Shown here: in pieces, positions 1 to 7,189 of the stretch | How the letters are laid out: the number at the start of each line of letters is the position of its first letter | How positions within the stretch are numbered: the stretch's first letter is position 1 | Assembly: GCA_016840855.1 (NCBI GenBank) | Contig: JAEORO010000102.1 | Coordinates: 1 to 13,151, forward strand | DNA: 13,151 nucleotides | Reading direction: 5' to 3' | From: Candidatus Thorarchaeota archaeon | Lineage (GTDB): Archaea > Asgardarchaeota > Thorarchaeia > Thorarchaeales > Thorarchaeaceae | The notes under the pieces: model-generated | What the model was told of the DNA's origin: nothing | Seen by the model: only the letters and a program-made list of their open reading frames with translations | The model's database searches: none | Position numbers and translations under genes: made by a program

Positions 1-1
1 G

Positions 2-1585
2 ATAGACAATAGCTACAGCGACACTTACAACACCAGCACCAACAATAATGAGAAGCATTAGAGGTGAGGGGGGGATTATGGGTACACGGTATGGCTGGGC
101 GTATCGATCCACACTGCCAGCAAATCCTGGAATTATATATTCTCCTGGAGCATTGAGGTTGCTCCAGTAGTTGCCAAGAGAAATCCCGTCATCCCAGATG
201 TTGTCTGACCCATCGTCGTTAGCGTTCTGGGTGTTGTCATAAAGAATATTGTAGTACAGATTGTTTGAAGACGAATCTGAAGCAATCTCGATTCCAATAT
301 TGTTTCCAAAAACAGTATTGTTATGGATTGAACCGTCATTGCCATCGATGTATATCCCAGAATCGAAATTCTCGATGACATTGTTGTAGAGGGTTACACC
401 GTTCGACTGTAGGTTGATGCCATGATTGTCTTGCGACTTCGAGCCTTTCATCGTGTTGGTGGAAACCAACAGGTCTGTGTTGTTCTCACGGATATACAGC
501 CCATATTCAGGACAATCAGTGAGTGTGTTGTTGTAAACCAATGAGCCATTACAGTTGTAAGCAACTTGGATGTGGCCATCGGTTATAGTATTTGAGCTGA
601 CTTCTGACGCGGGAGAGTCAATAAGACTAATACTACCACTGTTGAAAGCGCAGTTAGTAATCGCGAGGCCTTCCTCAACAGATTGCCCGTCACAATTCAC
701 AGACTCAAACAAACAGTCCTGAATTGTGATGTCAAGTGTTCCTGAAAAACCCCTGAAGTCAACTCCAAACCATCCAACTCCTGAAGGACCTGAAGCAATG
801 AAATCGCAATCCGTGATGATGATACCTTGACATTCCTGAATTATAATTCCAGTTATATTGTTGATATTGAATATGTTATCCTGGACAGTTCCCAGTTGGG
901 ATTCACGTAGAGTTAGCCATTCATTATATTCCTCGATGTTGAATGTGTTTCCACTGACTGAGAATCCAGCAGACATCCATACTGCCATTTGTGTACCTGA
1001 GAATGTATTCCCAAGGACGTTTAGACCTGATACTTCCTCAAAGAGTACCTCACCAGCATTGTCAAAGTTCGAGTCTACAAAACTGACATCATCAACTTGG
1101 AAAGCGTAGATTCCAAACGGGGTATTGTAGATTTCAGTAGAAGTAATCAGATAATCACTACCTTCTAAAGAAACACCCCACGTATGGTTCATAATCTCGC
1201 ACGTATCAATAACACCATGACCACCTAGAAGATTGATGCCTGTGCCAGTGAATGTATTATAAACCCGACAGTTTCGAATTTCATAATACACAGTCACAGA
1301 GGCACCAATCCAGATGCCGTCACCACCCAAGGTTCCTTCTATGTCATAGTTTTCAATTCGATATGGATCGCTCTCACTTCCATTACCAGGGAACCCAAGT
1401 GGATGCGATGCAAATTCCGAATCAGAAGTGATGGAAATTGGTGACACAGATGTCAATTGAGAGAGAACTGGACCTTCGTTGGCAATTATGAATGATGTCG
1501 AATTATCTGGCATGGTAGGATTGGTCAACATCATCAAGAAAAGAAGTGCCAATGTACTGTATGTCAAGTAATTGTAAAACCTCAT
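2..1585 (-). CDS. Right-handed parallel beta-helix (NosD/PbH1-repeat) cell-surface protein with N-terminal signal-like segment and C-terminal TM anchor; 3' end runs off the window
   Basis: Hand translation from ATG at 1585 gives 528 codons with no stop: MRFYNYLTYSTLALLFLMMLTNP...SPISITSDSEF...GFPGNGSESDPYRIENYDI...(G-I-x-I / N-N-T-[ILV] repeats)...NANDDGSDNIWDDGISLGNYWSN...GSVDRYAQP...PLMLLIIVGAGVVSVAVAIVY. The WDDG..GNYWS..DRY cap is typical of archaeal NosD-type proteins. Absent from the ORF track, presumably because no stop lies in the window. Confidence 0.9.
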   Translation of the reverse strand, partial: MRFYNYLTYSTLALLFLMMLTNPTMPDNSTSFIIANEGPVLSQLTSVSPISITSDSEFASHPLGFPGNGSESDPYRIENYDIEGTLGGDGIWIGASVTVYYEIRNCRVYNTFTGTGINLLGGHGVIDTCEIMNHTWGVSLEGSDYLITSTEIYNTPFGIYAFQVDDVSFVDSNFDNAGEVLFEEVSGLNVLGNTFSGTQMAVWMSAGFSVSGNTFNIEEYNEWLTLRESQLGTVQDNIFNINNITGIIIQECQGIIITDCDFIASGPSGVGWFGVDFRGFSGTLDITIQDCLFESVNCDGQSVEEGLAITNCAFNSGSISLIDSPASEVSSNTITDGHIQVAYNCNGSLVYNNTLTDCPEYGLYIRENNTDLLVSTNTMKGSKSQDNHGINLQSNGVTLYNNVIENFDSGIYIDGNDGSIHNNTVFGNNIGIEIASDSSSNNLYYNILYDNTQNANDDGSDNIWDDGISLGNYWSNLNAPGEYIIPGFAGSVDRYAQPYRVPIIPPSPLMLLIIVGAGVVSVAVAIVY

Positions 1586-1588
1586 ATC

Positions 1589-1598
1589 TCACCACCTC
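1589..1598 (-). promoter_or_regulatory. Shine-Dalgarno site of the beta-helix gene
   Basis: Minus strand reads GAGGTGGTGA-gat-ATG, matching the archaeal GGAGGTGA-type SD. Confidence 0.7.
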
Positions 1599-1624
1599 AA
1601 GGCATCGTTCTGATTCATGGCTTC

Positions 1625-1640
1625 TTATATTACTTTCTCG
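1625..1640 (-). promoter_or_regulatory. Putative BRE + TATA promoter of the beta-helix gene
   Basis: Minus strand reads CGAGAAAG-TAATATAA, a purine-rich BRE-like element followed by a TATA-like box about 40 nt upstream of the ATG, leaving room for a short SD-containing leader. Confidence 0.5.
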
Positions 1641-1697
1641 AGGTTATGGTCACACTGCGGAATGACAATCGTAACAATACTTGTCAAACATTGAGTG

Positions 1698-2609
1698 CTA
1701 TTTGCTTTCTTTCACCATTTGGACGAGTTTCTCTCGTCGATAGCTGGAGAAATACTTGTGATGCCCACTAATCAAGGCCTTTACGCTTGTAACATGTTTA
1801 TTCTGCCTGATTGAACGAATGGTGTCAACAAGTTCAGTGATATCATCAGCTACGAGGAGGGCATAAATCACAGGCTCTGATGCAGAACGGTAAGTTTCCC
1901 TATGTTTGAGCGGATAGTGTGTTTCAAGCCATTCAGCAATCTCCGCTTGGGTGACTGCTTTCTCATCCCACAGAATTCTAATAATAAATGGCAGACTTGT
2001 AGCAGCCCCTAGTTCAACTAATGATACAAAACGAATCGCATTGTTTTCCTCTAGCTCACCAATCAACCTCCTGACTCTTCGAGCAGTCAGTCCGGTTTTC
2101 TGAGCAATATCAACTATAGGAAGTCTTGGATCTTCAAGTAGTGGTCCTAACACACGAAGATGGGTCTTGGTGAGGTTCATCTTTGTCCCCCACGTTCCGA
2201 TGATGGTGTGCAATTCAGCAGTCTCAACGCTATCAAGAGTTCTAAGAAATGTACCAATTTCCTGTAATTCTTGAGGGCTGTTATATTCAGCTACCAGAGC
2301 GTAGACTCCGTCGGTATATGATGAAGCAGCCATGATATATTTGTTCGACCCAATCGCGTCGACCATCTCAACTTCATCTCTAGAACCATCAGTTGATAAA
2401 AGACCAAAGAGCAAGCTTGTGCCAGTCATAGCTGGAGACATGATAATCGAATAGCCCGAGATTACCCCTGATTCTTCCATATTCAGAATACGACGTCGAA
2501 TAGCATTGGCGGATATGCCATATTTGCGAGAGAGTTCTTGGTAACTAATTCTACAGTTATGTTGTAAATCAGTCACTATCTTCTTGTCCAGTTCATCCAA
2601 AGGCTGCAC
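1698..2609 (-). CDS. Lrp/AsnC-family transcriptional regulator with two tandem HTH+RAM-like units
   Basis: First wHTH: LDELDKKIVTDLQHNCRISYQELSRKYGISANAIRRRILNMEESGVISGY. Second: LTKTHLRVLGPLLEDPRLPIVDIAQKTGLTARRVRRLIGELEENNAIRF. Each is followed by a beta-alpha-beta-type segment. The ORF track starts at 2624. I prefer the in-frame GTG at 2609 because it lies about 25 nt from the TATA box at 2634-2641. Confidence 0.9.
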   Translation of the reverse strand: MQPLDELDKKIVTDLQHNCRISYQELSRKYGISANAIRRRILNMEESGVISGYSIIMSPAMTGTSLLFGLLSTDGSRDEVEMVDAIGSNKYIMAASSYTDGVYALVAEYNSPQELQEIGTFLRTLDSVETAELHTIIGTWGTKMNLTKTHLRVLGPLLEDPRLPIVDIAQKTGLTARRVRRLIGELEENNAIRFVSLVELGAATSLPFIIRILWDEKAVTQAEIAEWLETHYPLKHRETYRSASEPVIYALLVADDITELVDTIRSIRQNKHVTSVKALISGHHKYFSSYRREKLVQMVKESK

Positions 2610-2633
2610 ATCCAAGCTCAACAATCGTGTGGG

Positions 2634-2641
2634 TATAAAAA
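2634..2641 (-). promoter_or_regulatory. TATA box of the Lrp gene (probably leaderless transcript)
   Basis: Minus strand TTTTTATA about 25 nt upstream of the in-frame GTG at 2609. Confidence 0.55.
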
Positions 2642-2666
2642 CCCAAGCAGAAAGTTTTAGCTTGGG
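2642..2666. repeat. Inverted repeat CCCAAGC-N11-GCTTGGG (operator or hairpin terminator of the LRR gene)
   Basis: Perfect 7-bp arms at 2642-2648 and 2660-2666, with AAA/TTT inside. On the minus strand it is followed directly by TTTTT. Confidence 0.55.
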
Positions 2667-2704
2667 AGATTTATGATTTCCGAACTAAGCGCAGAGTAGA
2701 GCTA

Positions 2705-3955
2705 TTAAACACTGACTGTCTGGCGAACATGACTCAGAATCACATCGCCGGTGGCGAATCGATTAGCCTCTTGTTCTTGTGCGTTATCAGGCACTGTTTC
2801 AATCGAGAGATTATGATTGATAGCTTTGAATGCTTTATCAATCTCAGATATGCGAGAGCTTGATACATATCGTTTGAAACCCATAGCCGCGAGTATCTTG
2901 TTGCCATAGCTTGTTAACCAAAGAGGGATTAAATCGATTTTACCAAAATCATCCAAAAGAGTCACTTCCTGCAACTCTTGATTTCTGCGATTTAGGACAG
3001 ACGGAATCAGAATACTTCCAGGAGTTGTAGAGAGGGCATCCATATCGAAGAAGAGTGTATTTCCCCCTCGTTTGAGTTGAGATTTCAATAAATCCACTAC
3101 CTTAGGGTATAATTGCTGAATGCCTTTATTGAAGCTGCCTCTAGTTGGCAGTAACTTCACAATGTCACGGACTCGACCATCGTAACATGCAAGTTCTGGA
3201 ATTCCAAACGCTTCCAGAAGAACTCGCTGAGCAGCGAACTCGACACCAATCTTTAATTTCTTAGATAGTGCAGTTAGATGTTCTTTTACAACAGCCCAAC
3301 CAAACTCTTTCACAAGTTCTCGATACGACTTTGGCGAGTATTCTATCTCAGTATTCTTATCATATAGCCACTCTGGAACAGTGCCAGCACGTCGTTCTGT
3401 GAAGGAGGCAGAGAGCAGGTCATTGAGGTACGGAGGCACATTGCTCATGAAAGAATCGATGATAATCTTTGGCCGTGGACTGTGTCGGGTTAGTTGAATC
3501 ACAGCAGTTGTTAACTGGTCTAGTTCGTAAAGTGGTGCGATATTCACCTTTTGAAACATGTTCTCTTGTAGATAGAGATACCTCAAATCTTTACACCCTG
3601 CGAGGGGTGTGAGATCGATTTCCTTCAAGATATTGTGTGAGATATCAAGATGCCTTAATCGGTTACAGTGTTGGAGTGGTGTTAAATCCACAGTTTCTAA
3701 TCTATTCACCGCAATGCTCACATACTCGAGGTCATTACAATTTGCCAACGGACTCAAATCTACCTTTGTTAGCCAATTCGAGCTTATATCAATACGAACT
3801 GGATTGTCAATCTCTTCAACCCATTTCAGGTTTGATTTTAGTTGGTTACGTGTACTTCCGTAATCTGGAGTGACTGTAAAAATGAAGTGGTAGTTTTTTA
3901 TCGGTGCTTTTGCACAACGAACAACGAGCAATAATCTATCTGACAAGTTACCCAC
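2705..3955 (-). CDS. Leucine-rich repeat protein (about four 24-aa LRRs) with an uncharacterised C-terminal domain
   Basis: Repeats LTKVDLSPLANCNDLEYVSIAVNR / LETVDLTPLQHCNRLRHLDISHNI / LKEIDLTPLAGCKDLRYLYLQENM / FQKVNIAPLYELDQL match LxxLxLxxNxL. GTG start is preceded by AGGAG. Confidence 0.88.
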   Translation of the reverse strand: MGNLSDRLLLVVRCAKAPIKNYHFIFTVTPDYGSTRNQLKSNLKWVEEIDNPVRIDISSNWLTKVDLSPLANCNDLEYVSIAVNRLETVDLTPLQHCNRLRHLDISHNILKEIDLTPLAGCKDLRYLYLQENMFQKVNIAPLYELDQLTTAVIQLTRHSPRPKIIIDSFMSNVPPYLNDLLSASFTERRAGTVPEWLYDKNTEIEYSPKSYRELVKEFGWAVVKEHLTALSKKLKIGVEFAAQRVLLEAFGIPELACYDGRVRDIVKLLPTRGSFNKGIQQLYPKVVDLLKSQLKRGGNTLFFDMDALSTTPGSILIPSVLNRRNQELQEVTLLDDFGKIDLIPLWLTSYGNKILAAMGFKRYVSSSRISEIDKAFKAINHNLSIETVPDNAQEQEANRFATGDVILSHVRQTVSV

Positions 3956-4052
3956 CGCTCCTAGATACTTGTGGGACGTTCCTGTATATTAGCACCCCCT
4001 GAAACAGCTGTACAGTTTGAGTTAAATTGCTGAAGTGAATTCAACCTGTGAA

Positions 4053-4709
4053 ATGTCTAGCAATCTCGAAGATTTACATATCCACACCAACTATTCTGAT
4101 GGGATATCAAGTGTAGACGAGATTGTACAGAGAGCTGCTTCTCTTGGACTAAAGACAATTGCAGTTGCGGATCATTTTTGGCCATCACTTGGGTCTAGAA
4201 AAGGAGGGCTAAATCTCATCGAACAAAGACGTCATGAGATTGAAATTTGTAGAAATGACTACGTAGATTTGAAAATCCTCGATGCTGCTGAAGTTGATAT
4301 CCAGTCAAATGGCGAATTAGCACCTATTTCTGGAGGCTTTGAGCAGTTCGACCTAATCATAGGATCATTTCATTGGTACACAGACTCCACAAATTGGGCA
4401 TCAGCACTAGTCCAGTCATTAAGAAGAAATGAGTTTCATATCCTCGGGCATTGGGATGGATATCTGTCCTCATATCGAGAAGAAGATGGAAGACTCGCCG
4501 CAGAAGCGCTAGCAAAGGCAGGTGTAGCAATCGAGCTGAATGGACGGTACTCAGTTGAGCATATTGGGTTTCTCGAGCTAGCAAAATCATATGGATGCTC
4601 TTTCACACTTGGGAGTGATTCGCATGATGTGAGTACAGTTGGAGATCTCACCTTTCAACAGAGGCTTGCTGCAAGCATGGACCTTCAAATACTGCAAATT
4701 AATATCTAA
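4053..4709 (+). CDS. PHP-domain metal-dependent phosphoesterase (YcdX/histidinol-phosphatase-like)
   Basis: Motifs DLHIHTNYSDG, AVADH, AEVD, GSFH, ILGH, AIELN and GSDSH. The ORF track starts at GTG 4035. ATG 4053 fits better with TTAAAT at 4022-4027, about 25 nt upstream. Confidence 0.9.
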   Translation: MSSNLEDLHIHTNYSDGISSVDEIVQRAASLGLKTIAVADHFWPSLGSRKGGLNLIEQRRHEIEICRNDYVDLKILDAAEVDIQSNGELAPISGGFEQFDLIIGSFHWYTDSTNWASALVQSLRRNEFHILGHWDGYLSSYREEDGRLAAEALAKAGVAIELNGRYSVEHIGFLELAKSYGCSFTLGSDSHDVSTVGDLTFQQRLAASMDLQILQINI

Positions 4710-4788
4710 GGGTAGCAGATCAGTCAAAACAGAAATCCAGAAGCCTTTTCACTGGCTGATTATACAAATAGAATCTTGGAGATGATTA

Positions 4789-5208
4789 GTGATGGGTGAC
4801 GAACTTGTTTTCCCCTCAGAAGAATGGATAGAGATGTACATGGAACTCTTGAACAAGAACGACCGGTATGAAGATGCAGCAAAGACTTGGGAGGGAGACT
4901 TTGTCTTTGAAATCACTGCAGATGGCGAGGTCGTGAATGAACCAATCAGATTCTACATGGATCTTTGGCACGGCAAGTGTAGGTCTGCTAAAATGGCGGA
5001 GCCTGGGGACACTGCAGAGTTTACATATTCAGGACCTTATAAGAATTGGAGACTTCTATTCGATGGGAAGATTGATCCAATCAAGGGAATTATGGCTCGA
5101 AAGTTCAAGCTTGATGGTGACATGGGTAAAGTCATGCGTTACACAAAAGCGGCTCTTGAACTTGTGGCTACAACTAAACTGGTGCCCACAAAATTTCTGG
5201 ATGAATAG
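4789..5208 (+). CDS. SCP2 sterol/lipid-binding domain protein
   Basis: FPSEEW...LN...YEDAAKTWEGDFVF...YMDLWHGKCR...GPYKNWRLLFDGKIDPIKGIMARKFKLDGDMGKVMRY is the typical prokaryotic SCP2 pattern. GGAGATGA SD upstream; start is GTG 4789 or ATG 4792. Confidence 0.85.
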   Translation: MMGDELVFPSEEWIEMYMELLNKNDRYEDAAKTWEGDFVFEITADGEVVNEPIRFYMDLWHGKCRSAKMAEPGDTAEFTYSGPYKNWRLLFDGKIDPIKGIMARKFKLDGDMGKVMRYTKAALELVATTKLVPTKFLDE

Positions 5209-5254
5209 CTGAGAGAACTAATCAATCTCAGATGGCAACAGGAGCCACACGGAA

Positions 5255-6304
5255 ATGTGGTGGAAGAGGAGTGGACAAAAGAAAAGACCCGGACCTGGGT
5301 GTGCAGTATGGGAGATAACCCTAGCTTGCAATCTGAATTGTATCCACTGTGGTTCTGCGGCAGGTAAAGCGCGCAAAGATGAACTGTCAACTGAAGAAGC
5401 ACTTCAGCTGTGTGAAGATCTCAAGAAAATTGAGTGCAGAGGAGTCGCGCTTATGGGTGGGGAACCATTATTGCGTCCAGATTGGATCACCATTTCCCAA
5501 AGAGTTCATGACTTGGAAATGGAACTCTCGATTATCACAAATGGATGGCTTGGAAAAAATGATGGCGTCACTCAACAGATTGTGGCACTATCGCCAGAGT
5601 GCATCACTGTGAGTCTTGATGGAGGAACATCATCCATTCATGATATGATTAGAGGCGTGCATGGTTCCTTCGAGCGCGCAACGTATGCTATTGACATGTA
5701 TGCAGGGCTTGGTTTGCCAACAACTGTAATCACAACAGTACACAAGTTGAATCTGAAAGAATTGACCAAGATACGTGATTTCTTGATGGGAAAAGGAGTT
5801 GCATGGCAAATCCAGATGGCTACTCCTCATGGTAGACTTGAACATAAACATGTACTATCTCAGGATGAATTCTACTCTGTTGCCTTGTTCATTGCAGCGA
5901 CTAGGAAACTACATTCCAAGGAATTAATGGTAGCCGGAGCTCACGATATGGGATATTACTCCACCATTCTCCCTGACCTTCAGGTCAATCAATGGCAAGG
6001 TTGTCAGGCTGGAATCGGTACTCTTGGAATACAAAGCAACGGTAACATCAAAGGGTGTCTCGCACTTCCTGAGCAGTTTATCGAGGGGAACATGAGGGAT
6101 CGGTCTCTTAGAGAAATTTGGTATGATGAAAACTCGTTCAAGTATGCACGTTATGTGAAGATGTCAGACATGAGAGCTCACTGCGCACAGTGTGAGTTTA
6201 AGAAACAATGTAAGGGAGGATGTTCAGCAGTATCTTCAACGATGGGCAAAGGTCTTCATCAAGACCCGTATTGTGTTCGTCATATTGAACAAATGATAAA
6301 ATGA
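5255..6304 (+). CDS. Radical SAM/SPASM-domain peptide/protein maturase, probably PlpX-type splicease clade
   Basis: CxxxCxxC in AVWEITLACNLNCIHCGSAAG; GGEP; VSLDG..HDMIRG..GSF. SPASM cysteines in WQGCQAGIGTLGIQSNGNIKGCLALP...CAQCEFKKQCKGGC...DPYC. AWQIQ and GYY motifs resemble PlpX-like enzymes as I recall them. The rSAM/SPASM call is firm; the clade assignment is about 0.65. Confidence 0.9.
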   Translation: MWWKRSGQKKRPGPGCAVWEITLACNLNCIHCGSAAGKARKDELSTEEALQLCEDLKKIECRGVALMGGEPLLRPDWITISQRVHDLEMELSIITNGWLGKNDGVTQQIVALSPECITVSLDGGTSSIHDMIRGVHGSFERATYAIDMYAGLGLPTTVITTVHKLNLKELTKIRDFLMGKGVAWQIQMATPHGRLEHKHVLSQDEFYSVALFIAATRKLHSKELMVAGAHDMGYYSTILPDLQVNQWQGCQAGIGTLGIQSNGNIKGCLALPEQFIEGNMRDRSLREIWYDENSFKYARYVKMSDMRAHCAQCEFKKQCKGGCSAVSSTMGKGLHQDPYCVRHIEQMIK

Positions 6305-6365
6305 TACAATGTAAAAATCAAAGAGCTTATTGCGTTTCTATTCATATTAGTATTGGGTGAAGTAG

Positions 6366-6749
6366 TTGAGATGGATTGGTTTAGGAGACATAGGATTCAG
6401 GTACCTACGCATTCGTCATGCTCTCCCAAAAAGCCTGAAACTAAAATTCGATAGACTTCTGCCTAGGCTGATTCCGCTAAAAGAGCAGCTGGCTGAAATT
6501 GAGATTCTTGGGAGAGGAATAGGTTTGGATGCAAGAGAAATTCATGCCGCCGCTACTCTTCTAGCCGACAATGAGCAACCAGCAAAACGTTGGTTGACGC
6601 CTCTAACAGTTTTCGTAATGATTGTAGTGATTATCATCTTGAGCTTTGTAATTCTTATTATTACAGGAATTTATACAAACCCGCCTACAATTTATGGTGC
6701 CGGGCTACGCTACGGAAGTATAAAACCCAAAGATTTCGTCTCATATTAG
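6366..6749 (+). CDS. Small single-TM protein, paralog 1; putative radical SAM substrate with C-terminal YG motifs
   Basis: TTG start with GGTGA SD at 6356-6360. Basic N-terminal domain, TM about W76-I102 and tail YTNPPTIYGAGLRYGSIKPKDFVSY. Aligns without gaps to paralog 2 over residues 1-62 (21 identities by hand count). Confidence 0.8.
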   Translation: MRWIGLGDIGFRYLRIRHALPKSLKLKFDRLLPRLIPLKEQLAEIEILGRGIGLDAREIHAAATLLADNEQPAKRWLTPLTVFVMIVVIIILSFVILIITGIYTNPPTIYGAGLRYGSIKPKDFVSY

Positions 6750-6770
6750 TTCAATCCAGGTGGTGTAGAA

Positions 6771-7175
6771 TTGCAAGGGATTAGTATGCAAATGATTTGG
6801 TTTGGTATCAAACGATTGGAAAGTCATCTACCTATTAGACTCTATGAGGGGATGCGACAGATAGTAAGGAAAATTAAGCCTACTGAATTGCAGCTAAGCA
6901 AAATCGAACTGCTAGGCAAGAATATTGGACTTGAGAGAACCGAGGTTTTGGCAGCTCTCGATTCACCCTTAGGCGCTCCTGGTGTTGGTGGTAAACAAAG
7001 ATTGACTCTATTCATTTCAATAGTCGCAGTTTTCGTCATCGCAATAATCAGTGTCCTTCTTACGTGGCTTGTTGTCGATCCAGAAACCTTTCCCATACCG
7101 ACTTATGTTCCGGGGTCACTCTATGGGACCATTTCTCCACGGGACTTCAATCTCGCAAAGACACCAAGTTTCTAG
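6771..7175 (+). CDS. Small single-TM protein, paralog 2; putative radical SAM substrate with C-terminal YG motif
   Basis: TTG start with AGGTGGTG SD at 6758-6765. TM about L78-V102 and tail DPETFPIPTYVPGSLYGTISPRDFNLAKTPSF. Homologous to 6366..6749. Confidence 0.8.
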   Translation: MQGISMQMIWFGIKRLESHLPIRLYEGMRQIVRKIKPTELQLSKIELLGKNIGLERTEVLAALDSPLGAPGVGGKQRLTLFISIVAVFVIAIISVLLTWLVVDPETFPIPTYVPGSLYGTISPRDFNLAKTPSF

Positions 7176-7189
7176 TGGTGAGTTAATAG

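Noticed and set aside
68-74. G7 homopolymer as a phase-variation tract in the surface protein
   Set aside because: It is short, in frame, and explained by Ile-Pro-Pro codons in the Pro-rich linker.
133-1109. ORF-track ORFs 133..381 (-) and 858..1109 (+)
   Set aside because: Alternative-frame or antisense shadows of the long beta-helix CDS at 2..1585.
4002-4018. Overlapping 8-bp palindromes (ACAGCTGT, CTGTACAG) in the LRR/PHP divergent promoter region
   Set aside because: Too short, and I saw no second copy in other intergenic regions, so it cannot be distinguished from chance.
5255-6304. Heme biosynthesis rSAM (AhbC/AhbD/NirJ)
   Set aside because: The N-terminus is generically similar, but no heme or siroheme genes are nearby and the WQIQ/GYY/IKGC motifs fit the splicease-like group better. 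Disfavoured, not formally excluded without a tree.
6302-6454. TGA readthrough or selenocysteine extension of the rSAM (frame stays open about 49 codons, including LIAFLFILVLG)
   Set aside because: The SPASM domain is already complete before the TGA, which does not align with a Cys position. The extension would overlap paralog 1 out of frame, and T-rich intergenic DNA readily gives hydrophobic codons.
5255-6749. Mycofactocin/PQQ-type cofactor system (rSAM near an Fe-ADH; paralog 1 ends in Tyr, ...FVSY)
   Set aside because: There is no MftA-like IDGxCGVY or PqqA-like ExxxY short precursor, and no MftB/PqqD or other pathway genes. Paralog 2 ends in Phe, and the conserved Tyr residues are internal YG sites.
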